From Microcoleus sp. (GTDB taxonomy: Bacteria; Cyanobacteriota; Cyanobacteriia; Cyanobacteriales; Microcoleaceae): a stretch of 64,000 bases of DNA. Shown here one piece after another: positions 43,667 to 54,281 of this stretch. Both the position numbers and the translations under genes were made by a program. The stretch lies in assembly GCA_042408215.1 (NCBI GenBank), contig JAYFMW010000006.1:672001-736000 (forward strand), in the 5' to 3' direction. The notes beneath the pieces are model-generated. The model did no database searches and was not told where the DNA came from. It saw only the letters and a list, made by a program, of their open reading frames with translations. Numbering within the stretch: position 1 is the stretch's first letter; each line of letters starts with the position of its first letter.

Positions 43667-45535
43667 TCAGGCCGCAGCCTTATCTAAAGGTTGCACTTCA
43701 GCCAGTAAATTGTGCAGCGCCTCACCTTCCACAACCTCAGTTTCCAATAGCTTCTGCGTAATTGTTTCCAACAATTCCCGATTAGCTTTCAGAATATCCA
43801 AAGCTTGCTGATGTGCAGTTTCCACAATTTCTTTGACTTCCCGATCGATCGCCTCCGCAGTTTGAGCACTCACCGCACGGCGCGCATTTCCCATACCATC
43901 GCTGAGGAACATCGCCTGCTGACCGCGATCGTAAGCTAGAGGCCCCAAAACCTTACTCATCCCGTAAGTTGTCACCATCCGTTCAGCTAAATCAGTCGCC
44001 CTTTGTAAGTCGTTGGAAGCGCCAGTAGTGATGCTACCAAACACAACTTCCTCAGCCGATCGCCCGCCCAACAAAGTCGCAATTTGACCGCGCAATTCCG
44101 ACTCATCCAACAAGAAACGGTCTTCAGTCGGCAACTGCAAAGTATAACCCAAAGCAGCCATACCGCGAGGGACGATCGAGATTTTCGCCACTTCGCCGCC
44201 ACCAGTCATCAGAGCACCAACTATCGCGTGCCCAACTTCATGATAAGCAACAATAGTTTTCTCCTTTTCATTGAGCACCCGGCTTTTCTTTTCCAAGCCA
44301 GCTACAACGCGCTCAAACGCCTCTAAAAAGTCTTCCTGTGCCACAGCGAGGCGGCGGTTGCGGGCTGCTAGCAAAGCAGCTTCATTGACCAAATTTGCCA
44401 AATCTGCGCCCGAAAAACCGGGGGTACGAGTGGCGATCGCCTTCAAGTCAATATCCGGGCCCAACTTCACCTTTTGAGAGTGAATGTTCAAAATTGCTTC
44501 GCGGCCAGATAAATCCGGGCGATCGACCAAAACTTGGCGATCGAAACGGCCAGGGCGCAACAAAGCAGCATCCAAACTTTCCGGGCGGTTAGTTGCAGCC
44601 AGCACAATTACCGTAGTATTTCCCGCAGCAAAACCATCCATTTCAGTTAATAATTGATTGAGAGTTTGTTCCCGTTCATCATTCCCACCAAATGCAGAAT
44701 TAGTGCTACGAGCTTTGCCGATCGCATCCAATTCATCTATGAAAATAATACAAGGAGCCTGTTTCTTAGCCTGCTCGAATAAATCTCTAACTCTAGCAGA
44801 ACCAACACCTACAAACAATTCCACAAACTCCGAACCAGAGATGCTAAAAAACGGCACTCCCGCTTCACCAGCCACTGCTTTTGCTAACAGCGTTTTGCCA
44901 GTTCCCGGAGGCCCGACTAACAGCACGCCCTTCGGAATTCGCGCGCCAATGGCCGTAAATCTGTCTGGAGTTTTCAGGAACTCAACAACTTCGACCAATT
45001 CAGTTTTAGCCTCTTCTACTCCTGCGACATCAGCAAAAGTAATTTTCGCCGATTCTCCTTCCACGTAGACCTTAGCCTTGCTTTTGCCGATCGAGAGAGC
45101 GCCCTGTGGGCCGCCACCGCCCCGGTTCATGAAAAATTGAAAAATCGCCACAAAAATCAGCGGCGGGATTACCCAGCCCAAAACACTGGTAATCCAGCCA
45201 TTTTTAGCCGGCGGAGCTGCTGCAAATTCAACGCCTTTTTCTTCCAAAAGTTTAGGCAAATCCAGGTCAAAAATCGGCGTAGTTGACAGAACTTGACCGG
45301 GTTTGTCACCTTCGCCTTTTAGTTGATAGCGAATTTCATTTTGACCTACCGAAGCTCTGACTACATCTTGTTCTTGCACTTGATGAACGAACAAGCTGTA
45401 GGGCACTTGGGGAATTTGAGGGCCGAACAAATTAGGCAAAAAGATGTTAGCCAGTAGAAACAGACTTGATAGCAATAACAAGATATTGCTGATTTGGCGA
45501 AAACGAGGGGGTTGGGGCTGGTCTTTAATTGCCAT
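43667..45535 (-). CDS. ftsH: ATP-dependent zinc metalloprotease FtsH
   Basis: Two TM segments, [20 protein letters not shown]. Confidence 0.97.
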   Translation of the reverse strand: MAIKDQPQPPRFRQISNILLLLSSLFLLANIFLPNLFGPQIPQVPYSLFVHQVQEQDVVRASVGQNEIRYQLKGEGDKPGQVLSTTPIFDLDLPKLLEEKGVEFAAAPPAKNGWITSVLGWVIPPLIFVAIFQFFMNRGGGGPQGALSIGKSKAKVYVEGESAKITFADVAGVEEAKTELVEVVEFLKTPDRFTAIGARIPKGVLLVGPPGTGKTLLAKAVAGEAGVPFFSISGSEFVELFVGVGSARVRDLFEQAKKQAPCIIFIDELDAIGKARSTNSAFGGNDEREQTLNQLLTEMDGFAAGNTTVIVLAATNRPESLDAALLRPGRFDRQVLVDRPDLSGREAILNIHSQKVKLGPDIDLKAIATRTPGFSGADLANLVNEAALLAARNRRLAVAQEDFLEAFERVVAGLEKKSRVLNEKEKTIVAYHEVGHAIVGALMTGGGEVAKISIVPRGMAALGYTLQLPTEDRFLLDESELRGQIATLLGGRSAEEVVFGSITTGASNDLQRATDLAERMVTTYGMSKVLGPLAYDRGQQAMFLSDGMGNARRAVSAQTAEAIDREVKEIVETAHQQALDILKANRELLETITQKLLETEVVEGEALHNLLAEVQPLDKAAA

Positions 45536-45851
45536 TGATAATCGTCACCCTTTTAGTTAAATTTGTTTTATTCATCTATTTTGCCATCAAATAGGCACGC
45601 ACTGTCAAGCGGATTTCCTCACTTGATTAGTCGGTTAACCAGCCAGTGCCGTTTTGCTGAGATTAAAAGATGACTGTTAATGCTATATTTGTTGTTAATA
45701 TTTAAGATTTATTTGTTATTTATTAAGAGTTATTTATTCTTTGTTGGTTCCAATTCCCAATTCCCAATTCCCAATTCCCAATTCCCAATTCCCAATTCCC
45801 AATTCCCAATTCCCCATTCCCCATTCCCCATTCCCCATTCCCAAATCTCCA

Positions 45852-47327
45852 ATGTTTCAAACCACCCGCCGCCGCCTCGCTATTTGGTACACAGCCGTTA
45901 CTGCTGTACTATTACTTGTATTCGCTACTGGCTTCTATTTCTACGTCCGCAATACTTTAATCGAACGCATAGATGACACCCTCAATCACGTTGTCGAAAT
46001 AGTAGAACGAACCCTCGTTATCGAACCGCTAACTTCCCCTACTACCGAAGCTAAAAATAAATTGCAAGTGAATATTCAAAGCAGTTTTCGAGACAGCACA
46101 GATGCTGTAGAAGATGACCACATTGATTTAGAGTGGTTCAGTTCTACAGGCGAATTGCTGTGGTCTACTTTGTCGGAACCGCTGAATATTCCGATTCACG
46201 CTAACCGCACTGGCGAAACGGTTTGGGTTAATCATAAGTTGCTGTTTGATGGAGGAGAGAAGAGGGATTTAACCGCAGAGGCGCAGAGGGCGCAGAGGGG
46301 AGAAAGTAGAGATTTAGATAGTCCCAATCGCGTCTCGACACAACCGGTTAGTATTCGTACAACTCAAAACTATTCTCTCAGACAAGTAACGCAGCGAGTG
46401 GAAATCGGTCGCCAAGTTTTGGGATATTTGCGTGTTAGTCATCCTTGGTTTGAAGTGACAAAACCGATTCGCCAATTAATTCTCGATTTGATTTTGGGCG
46501 CGGGTTTAACGCTAATTTGTGTAGCAGCTATTGGCTGGCTGCTGTCGGGATTGGCGATGGAACCAGTGCGAGCATCTTATCAGCGTCTTAAACAGTTTAC
46601 TGCGGATGCTTCCCATGAGCTCAGAAATCCGATCGCCACTATTCAAACTAATGTTCAAGTAGCTTTAGCGGAACCGGATATCGAACCTCAGCAATATCAA
46701 CAGCTACAAGTTATCGAACGCCTAACGCGCCGTTTGGGACGTTTAGTTGACGATTTGTTATTTTTAGCCAGACAAGACAGTGGCATCGTACAGCAGCAGT
46801 GGATTGATGTTCCCCTCGATGCTTTGCTGATTGAGGTGATTGAAGAACAACTGGCGATCGCCAAAACCCAAAATCTCTCTTTATCCTTAGAAATAGTCGA
46901 TTCACCCAACACAGAAGACAATTTTACAGTCTTAGGCGACTGGGATCAACTAGCCCGACTTTTTACCAATCTCCTTAGCAACTGCGTACAGTACACGCCC
47001 TCTGGCGGTGAAATTCAAGTAGAATTGCAACTTGCAGTCAAAAGCAAAATAACTGCGTCGATGTTAAATCCAGCACTGCAAGTAAAAGTAACAGACACCG
47101 GTATCGGCATTTCCCCAGAATCACTGCCGCACATATTCGATCGATTCTACCGCGCCGATCCCGCCCGCACCCACCGCAGCGCCGCCGGTTCCGGTTTAGG
47201 ATTAGCCATCGCCAAAGCCATTATCGAAAATCACCGCGGCCAAATCCACATAGACAGCCAAGTCTCTGAAGGTACCGCCGTTACCGTCACCCTCCCAGCC
47301 CACAAATCAGAAACATCACGCCCCTAA
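45852..47327 (+). CDS. Membrane sensor histidine kinase (ManS-like N-terminus)
   Basis: [20 protein letters not shown]. The ORF-track extension upstream is STRR repeat sequence. Confidence 0.9.
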   Translation: MFQTTRRRLAIWYTAVTAVLLLVFATGFYFYVRNTLIERIDDTLNHVVEIVERTLVIEPLTSPTTEAKNKLQVNIQSSFRDSTDAVEDDHIDLEWFSSTGELLWSTLSEPLNIPIHANRTGETVWVNHKLLFDGGEKRDLTAEAQRAQRGESRDLDSPNRVSTQPVSIRTTQNYSLRQVTQRVEIGRQVLGYLRVSHPWFEVTKPIRQLILDLILGAGLTLICVAAIGWLLSGLAMEPVRASYQRLKQFTADASHELRNPIATIQTNVQVALAEPDIEPQQYQQLQVIERLTRRLGRLVDDLLFLARQDSGIVQQQWIDVPLDALLIEVIEEQLAIAKTQNLSLSLEIVDSPNTEDNFTVLGDWDQLARLFTNLLSNCVQYTPSGGEIQVELQLAVKSKITASMLNPALQVKVTDTGIGISPESLPHIFDRFYRADPARTHRSAAGSGLGLAIAKAIIENHRGQIHIDSQVSEGTAVTVTLPAHKSETSRP

Positions 47328-47507
47328 AACTTCCCCTCTTCCCCTCTTCCTCTGCGCCCTCTGCGCCCTCTGCGGTTAATAAAAAAAAATCTACCCCTCA
47401 AACCCTGATTCTTCCTACCTCGCGCCCAAACCCAACTATTAAAATTCAATTCCGCCATAGATTAACATTAGTTGGAAAACCTCGATCGAACTCGTGAGGA
47501 GTTATTT

Positions 47508-48065
47508 ATGTTTCACCACAATCAACCGTTCAAAAAATTCAGCTTGTTAGCAGCAGCCAGCACAGGTTTGCTAGTCTGTCTCGCCACCATTTCCCTTGCC
47601 GGCGGCCCACCACCCCAAGGAAAACCAGTTTCCCAACCCACTCCCTCAACAAATGGAAAGCCCGTCAGCGAACCAACTCCCGCTGAGACTCCGAGCACCA
47701 ATGGGAAGCCTACCACGCCCCAAGATGCCCCGCCCCGATTTCCGCTTCCCGCGGCCAGAGTCACGCCCACAGAAGGTATGGTGACAATCAAACTGGTCAA
47801 TAGCACCAATGCAGTCATCAATTATCAAGTGCTTGGTATTACCCAGCCCCGAACTCTGGGCGAACAATCAGAAATTTTGCTCACAAACTTGAAAACGCCA
47901 ATTACCCTGACTTATCAGCGCCCAGACGGCGGATTGCTGTTGGTGCGCCCCCAAGCAACCGCTACGCCGGGAATGTTGCAAGTCAGTTTTGGCGCCACAA
48001 CTGACTTGGGTGCTGATACAAAATCAATGGATATTCAGGAAGACGGGAGAGTATTTTTGAATTAG
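47508..48065 (+). CDS. Secreted proline-rich hypothetical protein
   Basis: GAGGAG RBS, signal peptide, Pro/Thr-rich linker. Confidence 0.75.
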   Translation: MFHHNQPFKKFSLLAAASTGLLVCLATISLAGGPPPQGKPVSQPTPSTNGKPVSEPTPAETPSTNGKPTTPQDAPPRFPLPAARVTPTEGMVTIKLVNSTNAVINYQVLGITQPRTLGEQSEILLTNLKTPITLTYQRPDGGLLLVRPQATATPGMLQVSFGATTDLGADTKSMDIQEDGRVFLN

Positions 48066-48425
48066 TCATTAGTCATTAGTCATTAGTCATTAGTTATTAG
48101 TTATTAGTTATTTGTTATTTGTTAGCTGCTAACAATAACTAATAACTAATATCAGAGCCTCCTTATTTCTTTATGAGGACAAGGCAATGCCGTTTCCCTA
48201 CCCCAAAATCATCGATCGCCCTCGATGATATCTGTAACCATCGCCCGATGAATTGTAGGGACACGGCACTGCCGTGTCCTGATGTCGGGGAACGGGTAAA
48301 ATCAACCGGATTGGATGATGAAATTGCCGATCGTGCGCTCGGATCTAACCATCAATAACACGGCCAACTCGGACAATGCCATGCCGTTTCCCTACCCCAA
48401 AATAATCGATTGTGTAACAGCGATT

Positions 48426-49622
48426 TCAATCGCCGAGAGACAAAGGGGGTAACTGAGTAAAAGGTAAATCCTCGTTGACTGCATCAATTTCTGCCTGTTC
48501 TCTTTCATTGATTTGACCAATATAAGACTTGAGAATTTGCGCCAGACGATTGTTATAAAATCGGTGCAAACTATAATTTGGCGTAGCTGGAAAGCCTCGC
48601 CGTTTTTTGTGCCTCCCGCCAGCACCTGGATCGAAGGTTTGGATGCCCCGATCGATCGCCCATTCGATCGGTGTATAGTAACAAGCATCGAAGTGCAAGC
48701 AGTCAATTTCCTGCAAACTGCCCCAATAGCGCCCGTAAAGTCGATCGCCCTTATACAGACAAAAAGACATTCCCATCGGCTGTCTGTCATCTTCCTTGTC
48801 GTAGGCGGCGACAAACAAAACCCGATCGCGATAATTGTCATGCAACTGTTCAAAAAATCGCTTAGTCAAATACTTGCTTCCCCACCAGCCAAACTTGTCG
48901 CAAGTATTCTCATAAAAAGCATACATTTGGGCAAACATCGCTTGGGGAATTTCATCACCAGTCAAAGTTTTAATAGACAAACCTGCTGTTTCAACAGCTT
49001 TGCGTTCGCGCTTGATATTGCGGCGCTGGTTGGCATTAAATGCGCCTAGATAGTTATCAAAACTTTGATAGCTTTGATTTTGCCAAATATAACTGTGGTG
49101 CAGCCAAGCGCTAAAACCGTGGCGTTCCATGCGTTCGCGCCATGCGGGATCGACGTACAGGAAATTGCAACCAGAGATATTGTGGCGATCGCAAAAATGG
49201 TCGATCGCGCTTACCATTATTCCCGTTAACTCATCCTCATCTTCCCCATCAGCAATCAAAAACCGATAGCCTTCAGCCGGAGTAAACGGTGTCATTCCCA
49301 TCAATTTCGGATAATATTCAATACCCAAACGTTGAGCTAAATCAGCCCACTGATTATCGAATACAAATTCGCCGTAGCTGTGACTTTTGACATAAAGCGG
49401 CGCACAAGCAATCAACTGTTTCTCTCGCCAGACTGTCAAGTGATGTGGTAGCCAACCGTTTTTACCTGTCGCACTACCGGAAGTTTCGAGATTATTCAGC
49501 CAATCCCATTCGAGAAATGGCGTTTTTAGCGGCATCGCCAAGGTATCCCACGATGCTTGCGGGATGTCTGCTAATTTGCTAATCCAGGCTACAGAATATT
49601 GAGGTTTTGGCTGTTTCAGCAT
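48426..49622 (-). CDS. GNAT/FemAB-like protein (DUF482 family)
   Basis: KSHSYGEFVFD..WA, LYGRYWG, LHFDACYY, GAGGRHK motifs. Confidence 0.9.
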   Translation of the reverse strand: MLKQPKPQYSVAWISKLADIPQASWDTLAMPLKTPFLEWDWLNNLETSGSATGKNGWLPHHLTVWREKQLIACAPLYVKSHSYGEFVFDNQWADLAQRLGIEYYPKLMGMTPFTPAEGYRFLIADGEDEDELTGIMVSAIDHFCDRHNISGCNFLYVDPAWRERMERHGFSAWLHHSYIWQNQSYQSFDNYLGAFNANQRRNIKRERKAVETAGLSIKTLTGDEIPQAMFAQMYAFYENTCDKFGWWGSKYLTKRFFEQLHDNYRDRVLFVAAYDKEDDRQPMGMSFCLYKGDRLYGRYWGSLQEIDCLHFDACYYTPIEWAIDRGIQTFDPGAGGRHKKRRGFPATPNYSLHRFYNNRLAQILKSYIGQINEREQAEIDAVNEDLPFTQLPPLSLGD

Positions 49623-50113
49623 AGGGAGATTTGAGCGTAGAGCGAACTTCATCGAGACTTACGCAGAGATCCCCCTAAATCTCCCTTAAGAAGGGGGACT
49701 TTGATAATACTCTTGTCCCCCCCTCAAGAAGGGGGGCTTTGAATACTCTTGTCCCCCCCTCAAGAAGGGGGGCTTTGAATACTCTTGTCCCACCCCCTAC
49801 TCCCCTTCTTAAGGGGGGCTAGGGGGGATCGAGCTTTGAGACTCTCAATGCGTAAGTCCTGTTCATTTAACTTAATACAACTCCCTTATTTATGGGTATT
49901 TTGACTCTGCGATCGATCCCAGTTAACTCTTGTCCCCCCCTTCTTAAGGGGGAGTAGGGGGCAAGCTAAGGGGGGATCGAGCTTTGAGACTCTCAATGCG
50001 TAAGTCTTGTTCATTTAACTTAATACAACTCCCCTACTTATGGGTATTTTGACTATGTGCTCGATCCCAGTTAACTCTTGTCCCCCCCTTCTTAAGGGGG
50101 AGTAGGGGGCAAG

Positions 50114-50833
50114 CTAAGGGGGGATCGAGCTTTGAGACTCCACCCGATAATGCAAAAACACCTCACCTCCCACCTGTTTTACCGCCAAAAGCTCCAATTT
50201 CGGCGCTAAATCCGCTAAAAAACCCTTTCCCTCCACAGGTGTCGGCGCATCCACGCCGCCCAAAATTAGCGGGCACACCGTCAGCCAGAGCTCATCTATC
50301 AAGCCCGCAGCGAGCACTGACGCGACAAGTTTTCCGCCTCCCAAAATTGCCAAACGTTTGATTCCGAGGGCTTCTAGCTGTTGAAACGCATCAATCCAAT
50401 CAATTTCTCCTGCTGTGGTTTTGGCTATTAATGTGCGATCGAACATACCGTCTTTCATCGGGTAGGGAAACGGCATTGCCGTCTCCTCTTCTGCCGTTTC
50501 CTCGTCTTTTCCAGTTAACAACCAGCGGGGAACCGGTTGCTGGAAAAATCGCCAGTTGGGGTCAAATTCGCGCGATCGCGAACAGACAATTTGCACCGGT
50601 TGTGGGGGCTTCCCTTGCCGTTCCCTCTGTTTGACCAAATCCGGCGAAATGACTCTCAGAGTGGTTCCATAGGCGCGTAAAGTGCCGTTTCCGAAGAGAA
50701 TTGCGTCACTGGCGGCGACTTGTTCTTCTAGGTGAGATTTGTCGTTAGCTGAACCGAATCTGGCGGCGGTGAGGGCGACATCTGTAATTTTGCCATCGGC
50801 ACTCATGGCGAGTATTACTGTTGTGTGGGGCAT
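50114..50833 (-). CDS. RibD C-terminal (reductase) domain protein
   Basis: AMSADGKI, LGGGKL, IDELWLTVCPLILGG. Confidence 0.88.
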   Translation of the reverse strand: MPHTTVILAMSADGKITDVALTAARFGSANDKSHLEEQVAASDAILFGNGTLRAYGTTLRVISPDLVKQRERQGKPPQPVQIVCSRSREFDPNWRFFQQPVPRWLLTGKDEETAEEETAMPFPYPMKDGMFDRTLIAKTTAGEIDWIDAFQQLEALGIKRLAILGGGKLVASVLAAGLIDELWLTVCPLILGGVDAPTPVEGKGFLADLAPKLELLAVKQVGGEVFLHYRVESQSSIPP

Positions 50834-50977
50834 TTCATTTTAGAGTTGGGATTTTAGATTTTAGAATACAAAAAACCCGGCGGTTAGAAACCGCGTCTAC
50901 ACAGACAAAACCCGCCTGCGCGGGTTGAAGAGGCGATCGCGTGATTTAATGATACTTGTATGCTTAGTAATTAATTG

Positions 50978-51316
50978 ATGAGTGGAATTAATCGCCAAAT
51001 CACTCTTGACAGCAAGCACATTGCTAAACACTTGCCAGACACGCCACAAATGAGAAGATTGCTTAATAAAGGACGTGCTGCTCATGTTTTTAACAATGAG
51101 GCTACTATGAATCAGGTAGCTCAAGCTATCATAGAAGATGGAGAATTTACAGGTAGAATTCGCGGCTACGATTGTTATCGTATGTTCTTTGTTGAATCAA
51201 TTGGTTATAGAGTTGACCCGGATGGTAGCCATCTTTCACTTTATTATGGAGAGATAAAAGTTGATGCTGAAAACCGATACCACGCTACCCCTCGAAGCCG
51301 ATTTAGTCAAGAATAA
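50978..51316 (+). CDS. Hypothetical protein, toxin-like
   Basis: HIAKHLP...AHVF...YHATP; overlaps a downstream acidic ORF. Confidence 0.6.
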   Translation: MSGINRQITLDSKHIAKHLPDTPQMRRLLNKGRAAHVFNNEATMNQVAQAIIEDGEFTGRIRGYDCYRMFFVESIGYRVDPDGSHLSLYYGEIKVDAENRYHATPRSRFSQE

Positions 51317-51533
51317 CTGGGAGTTTACAGAGGTATGGATCGATCCAAATCTTTCGCCTCCTTATCTGCTTTTGCTACTCAGTGATGCTGAGGGAAATTG
51401 TCGGATCTACGATCCGGCTGAGGGTTATAAAGTTGTGTTTTCTAGTCAGAGTTATGATGAGGCACAGTATTGGCTTTTGGAGGATGAGTATGAACCTATG
51501 GAAGGGCGGCTGAGAGTGTCAGAGTTAGTTTGA
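51264..51533 (+). CDS. Small acidic hypothetical protein, immunity-like
   Basis: IYDPAEGYKVVFSSQSYDEAQYWLLEDEY; GGAG upstream. Confidence 0.6.
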   Translation: MLKTDTTLPLEADLVKNNWEFTEVWIDPNLSPPYLLLLLSDAEGNCRIYDPAEGYKVVFSSQSYDEAQYWLLEDEYEPMEGRLRVSELV

Positions 51534-51684
51534 ATAATTGATGGTGAAAATGCGATCGCCCCTCAATCCAAAAATGCGATCGCCCATCAACCCAAAAATG
51601 CGATCGCCCATCCACAAAAAACCCGGCGGTTGAAACCCAAAAAACCCGGCGGTTGAAACCGCGTCTACACAGACAAAACCCGCC

Positions 51685-51900
51685 TTCGCGGGTTGAAGAT
51701 TTCACCCGATGATTTTCAATCTCCAAATACCCTCTTCGTCCGCGTAGGCGGACATCGTTTGTGTAGACGCGGTTTCCAACCGCCGGGATTTCTTCGCGGG
51801 TTGAAGATTTCACCCGATGATTTTCAATCTCCAAATACCCTCTTCGTCCGCGTAGGCGGACATCGTTTGTGTAGACGCGGTTTCCAACCGCCGGGATTTC
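51685..51900. repeat. 108-bp direct duplication within a REP-like cluster
   Basis: TTCGCGGGTTGAAGATTTCACCCG... starts at 51685 and 51793. Confidence 0.85.
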
Positions 51901-51950
51901 AACCGCCGAGGATTTCAAATTAGATCGCCCGAATCGACCCAAAAATCAGA

Positions 51951-54281
51951 TCATCGCCCGCCGCTAACTCCCTCCAATCGCAGGAAATGCACCCGGCCCG
52001 ATCGATCGCCCGCTACAACTGTCACTCCATCAGGGGCGATCGCACAGCAATTAAACTCAGCATCTCCCCTGAAACTAGCAACCTCTTTGTAGCGAAGCAA
52101 ATCCCAGACTTTGAGGGTGTTATCCGATGAACCGGAAACCGCTATGACACCGTTAGGGGCGATCGCGACTGCATTTGCGTTGTCAGTATGACCGATGAGA
52201 GTGATCAGTTCCTTGCCACTATTGATGTCCCATATTTTCAGATTGTGATCCCATGAGGCCGAAATTACTCGCTGACCGTCGGGTGTGATCGCGATTGAAT
52301 ATACCCAGGCAGTATGACCAATTAGAGTTCTCAATTCACTACCACTATCAATATCCCAAATTTTTAGGGTGTGATCCAACGAAGGTGACATTAGTCCCGA
52401 TGAACTTGAAACTGCTAGTTTGCCGTCTGGTGTAATCGTGACGGCACCTACAATGTCAGCAGTATCGATCAGGGTTCTCAATTCGCTACCACTATCGATA
52501 TCCCAGATTTTCAGGATTTTATCATGTGAAGCCGAAATTGCCCGTTTCCCATCTGGTGCGATCGCGACTGCACTTACCATCTCATTATGACCCGTCAGAG
52601 TTCTGAGTTCATTACCACTGTCGATGTCCCAGATTTTCAAGGTTTTATCATGCGAAGCCGAAATTGCCGATTTGCCGTCTGGTGCTATCGCTACAGCATT
52701 TACCCTGTCATTATGACCCGTGAGAGTTCTGAGTTCGCTACCACTGTCGATGTCCCAGATTTTTAGGGTTTTATCACCTGAAGCCAAAATTGCCCGTTTG
52801 CCATCTGGTACGATTGCGACTGCACTTATCCAGTTAGTATGACCCGTCAGAGTTGTAGTCTCTTTGCCACGATCAATGTCCCAGACTTTCAGGGTTTTAT
52901 CATGTGAAGCTGAAATTGCTGTTTTACCATCGGGTGCGATCGCAACTGCACTTACCCGGTTAGTATGACCCGTCAGAGTTCTCAGTTCCCTGCCACTCTC
53001 AATGTCCCAGATTTTTAAGGCTTGATATGAAGCGGAAATCGCTCGTTTGCCATCTGGTGCGATCGCTACTGCTGATACAACCTCACAACCTGTGAGAGTT
53101 TTCAATTCCCTGCCACTTTTGATGTCCCAGATTTTCAAGGTTTTATCATTTGAAGCGGAAATTGCTCGCTTACCATCTGGTGAAATCGCTACTCTTATTA
53201 CCGAGCTAGTATGACCGATGAGAGTTCTGAATTCGATACCACTTTTGATATCCCAGATTTTTAGGGTATTATCACCTGAAGCGGAAATTGCTCGCTCGCC
53301 ATCTGGTGAGAACGCTACTCCTATTACCGAGCTAGTGTGACCGATTAAAGTTTTTAGTTCCTTGCCACTTTCGATGTCCCAGATTTTTATGGTTCGATCG
53401 TCAGAACCTGAAATCGCTGTTTTGCCATCGGGTGCTATCGCTACTGCACACACTCGCGGACTGATAAGATTTCCCATTTCCATCCCACTGTCTGTATCGC
53501 AGATTTTCGGGGTTTTATCCCCTGAAGCCGAAACCGTTATAAAAGACTGGGGTAAAATCGCAACATGACTGGTAAGAGTTTTCACTTCTGTACCATTATT
53601 TATGTCCCAAACTTTTAAGGTTCCATCCGCTGAAGCCGAAATCGCCGTTTTGCCGTCCGGTGCGATCGCCACTGCATATACCGAGTTAGTATGACCAGTA
53701 AGAGTTTTCAGTTCCCGACCTGTCTCGGTGTCCCAGATTTTCAGGGTATGATCGCATGAAGCCGAAATCGCGGTTTTGCCGTTGGGTGCGATCGCCACTG
53801 CTGTTACCGACGAAGTATGACCGCTCAGGGTTCGCCAACATCCTTCTCCCGGCCGCTCTAAATTAGCCCTCAAAGGTCGCAGCCAAAGACAATCTTTCGA
53901 TTGCTTTGCCTGTTCTAGCATGGCTTGGATCTCAGGTATTTCAAAATCCAACAATCTCCCTAACAATTGCCCTGCCAGTTGCGTTTTATCCCTTTCCAAA
54001 ACGTGCGCCGACTTGCGAATCGCCCCTTGAATCAACCCCAAAGTTTCAGTTTGCCCCTCCGACAACAAAACATCAGAAACTCTCGCCAAATCGTAATCCT
54101 CAATTAACCCTTGAACCCCCAACAATTCCAACTTCGCCTCAATGAAACCAAAATCAGTCACCCAACGATAATAACGGTTGAAATCCCGCAACTCCTCAAC
54201 GAAATCCCTGGGTTGATATTTCAACAAATATTCTCGCTCTGATTTATTTTGCTGCGCCAACCACACACTTAAATCGCTCAT
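51951..54281 (-). CDS. WD40-repeat protein with an N-terminal APAF-1-like helical domain
   Basis: About 14 GH...V.AVAIAPDG...SAS.D.TLKIWD repeats. Confidence 0.95.
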   Translation of the reverse strand: MSDLSVWLAQQNKSEREYLLKYQPRDFVEELRDFNRYYRWVTDFGFIEAKLELLGVQGLIEDYDLARVSDVLLSEGQTETLGLIQGAIRKSAHVLERDKTQLAGQLLGRLLDFEIPEIQAMLEQAKQSKDCLWLRPLRANLERPGEGCWRTLSGHTSSVTAVAIAPNGKTAISASCDHTLKIWDTETGRELKTLTGHTNSVYAVAIAPDGKTAISASADGTLKVWDINNGTEVKTLTSHVAILPQSFITVSASGDKTPKICDTDSGMEMGNLISPRVCAVAIAPDGKTAISGSDDRTIKIWDIESGKELKTLIGHTSSVIGVAFSPDGERAISASGDNTLKIWDIKSGIEFRTLIGHTSSVIRVAISPDGKRAISASNDKTLKIWDIKSGRELKTLTGCEVVSAVAIAPDGKRAISASYQALKIWDIESGRELRTLTGHTNRVSAVAIAPDGKTAISASHDKTLKVWDIDRGKETTTLTGHTNWISAVAIVPDGKRAILASGDKTLKIWDIDSGSELRTLTGHNDRVNAVAIAPDGKSAISASHDKTLKIWDIDSGNELRTLTGHNEMVSAVAIAPDGKRAISASHDKILKIWDIDSGSELRTLIDTADIVGAVTITPDGKLAVSSSSGLMSPSLDHTLKIWDIDSGSELRTLIGHTAWVYSIAITPDGQRVISASWDHNLKIWDINSGKELITLIGHTDNANAVAIAPNGVIAVSGSSDNTLKVWDLLRYKEVASFRGDAEFNCCAIAPDGVTVVAGDRSGRVHFLRLEGVSGGR

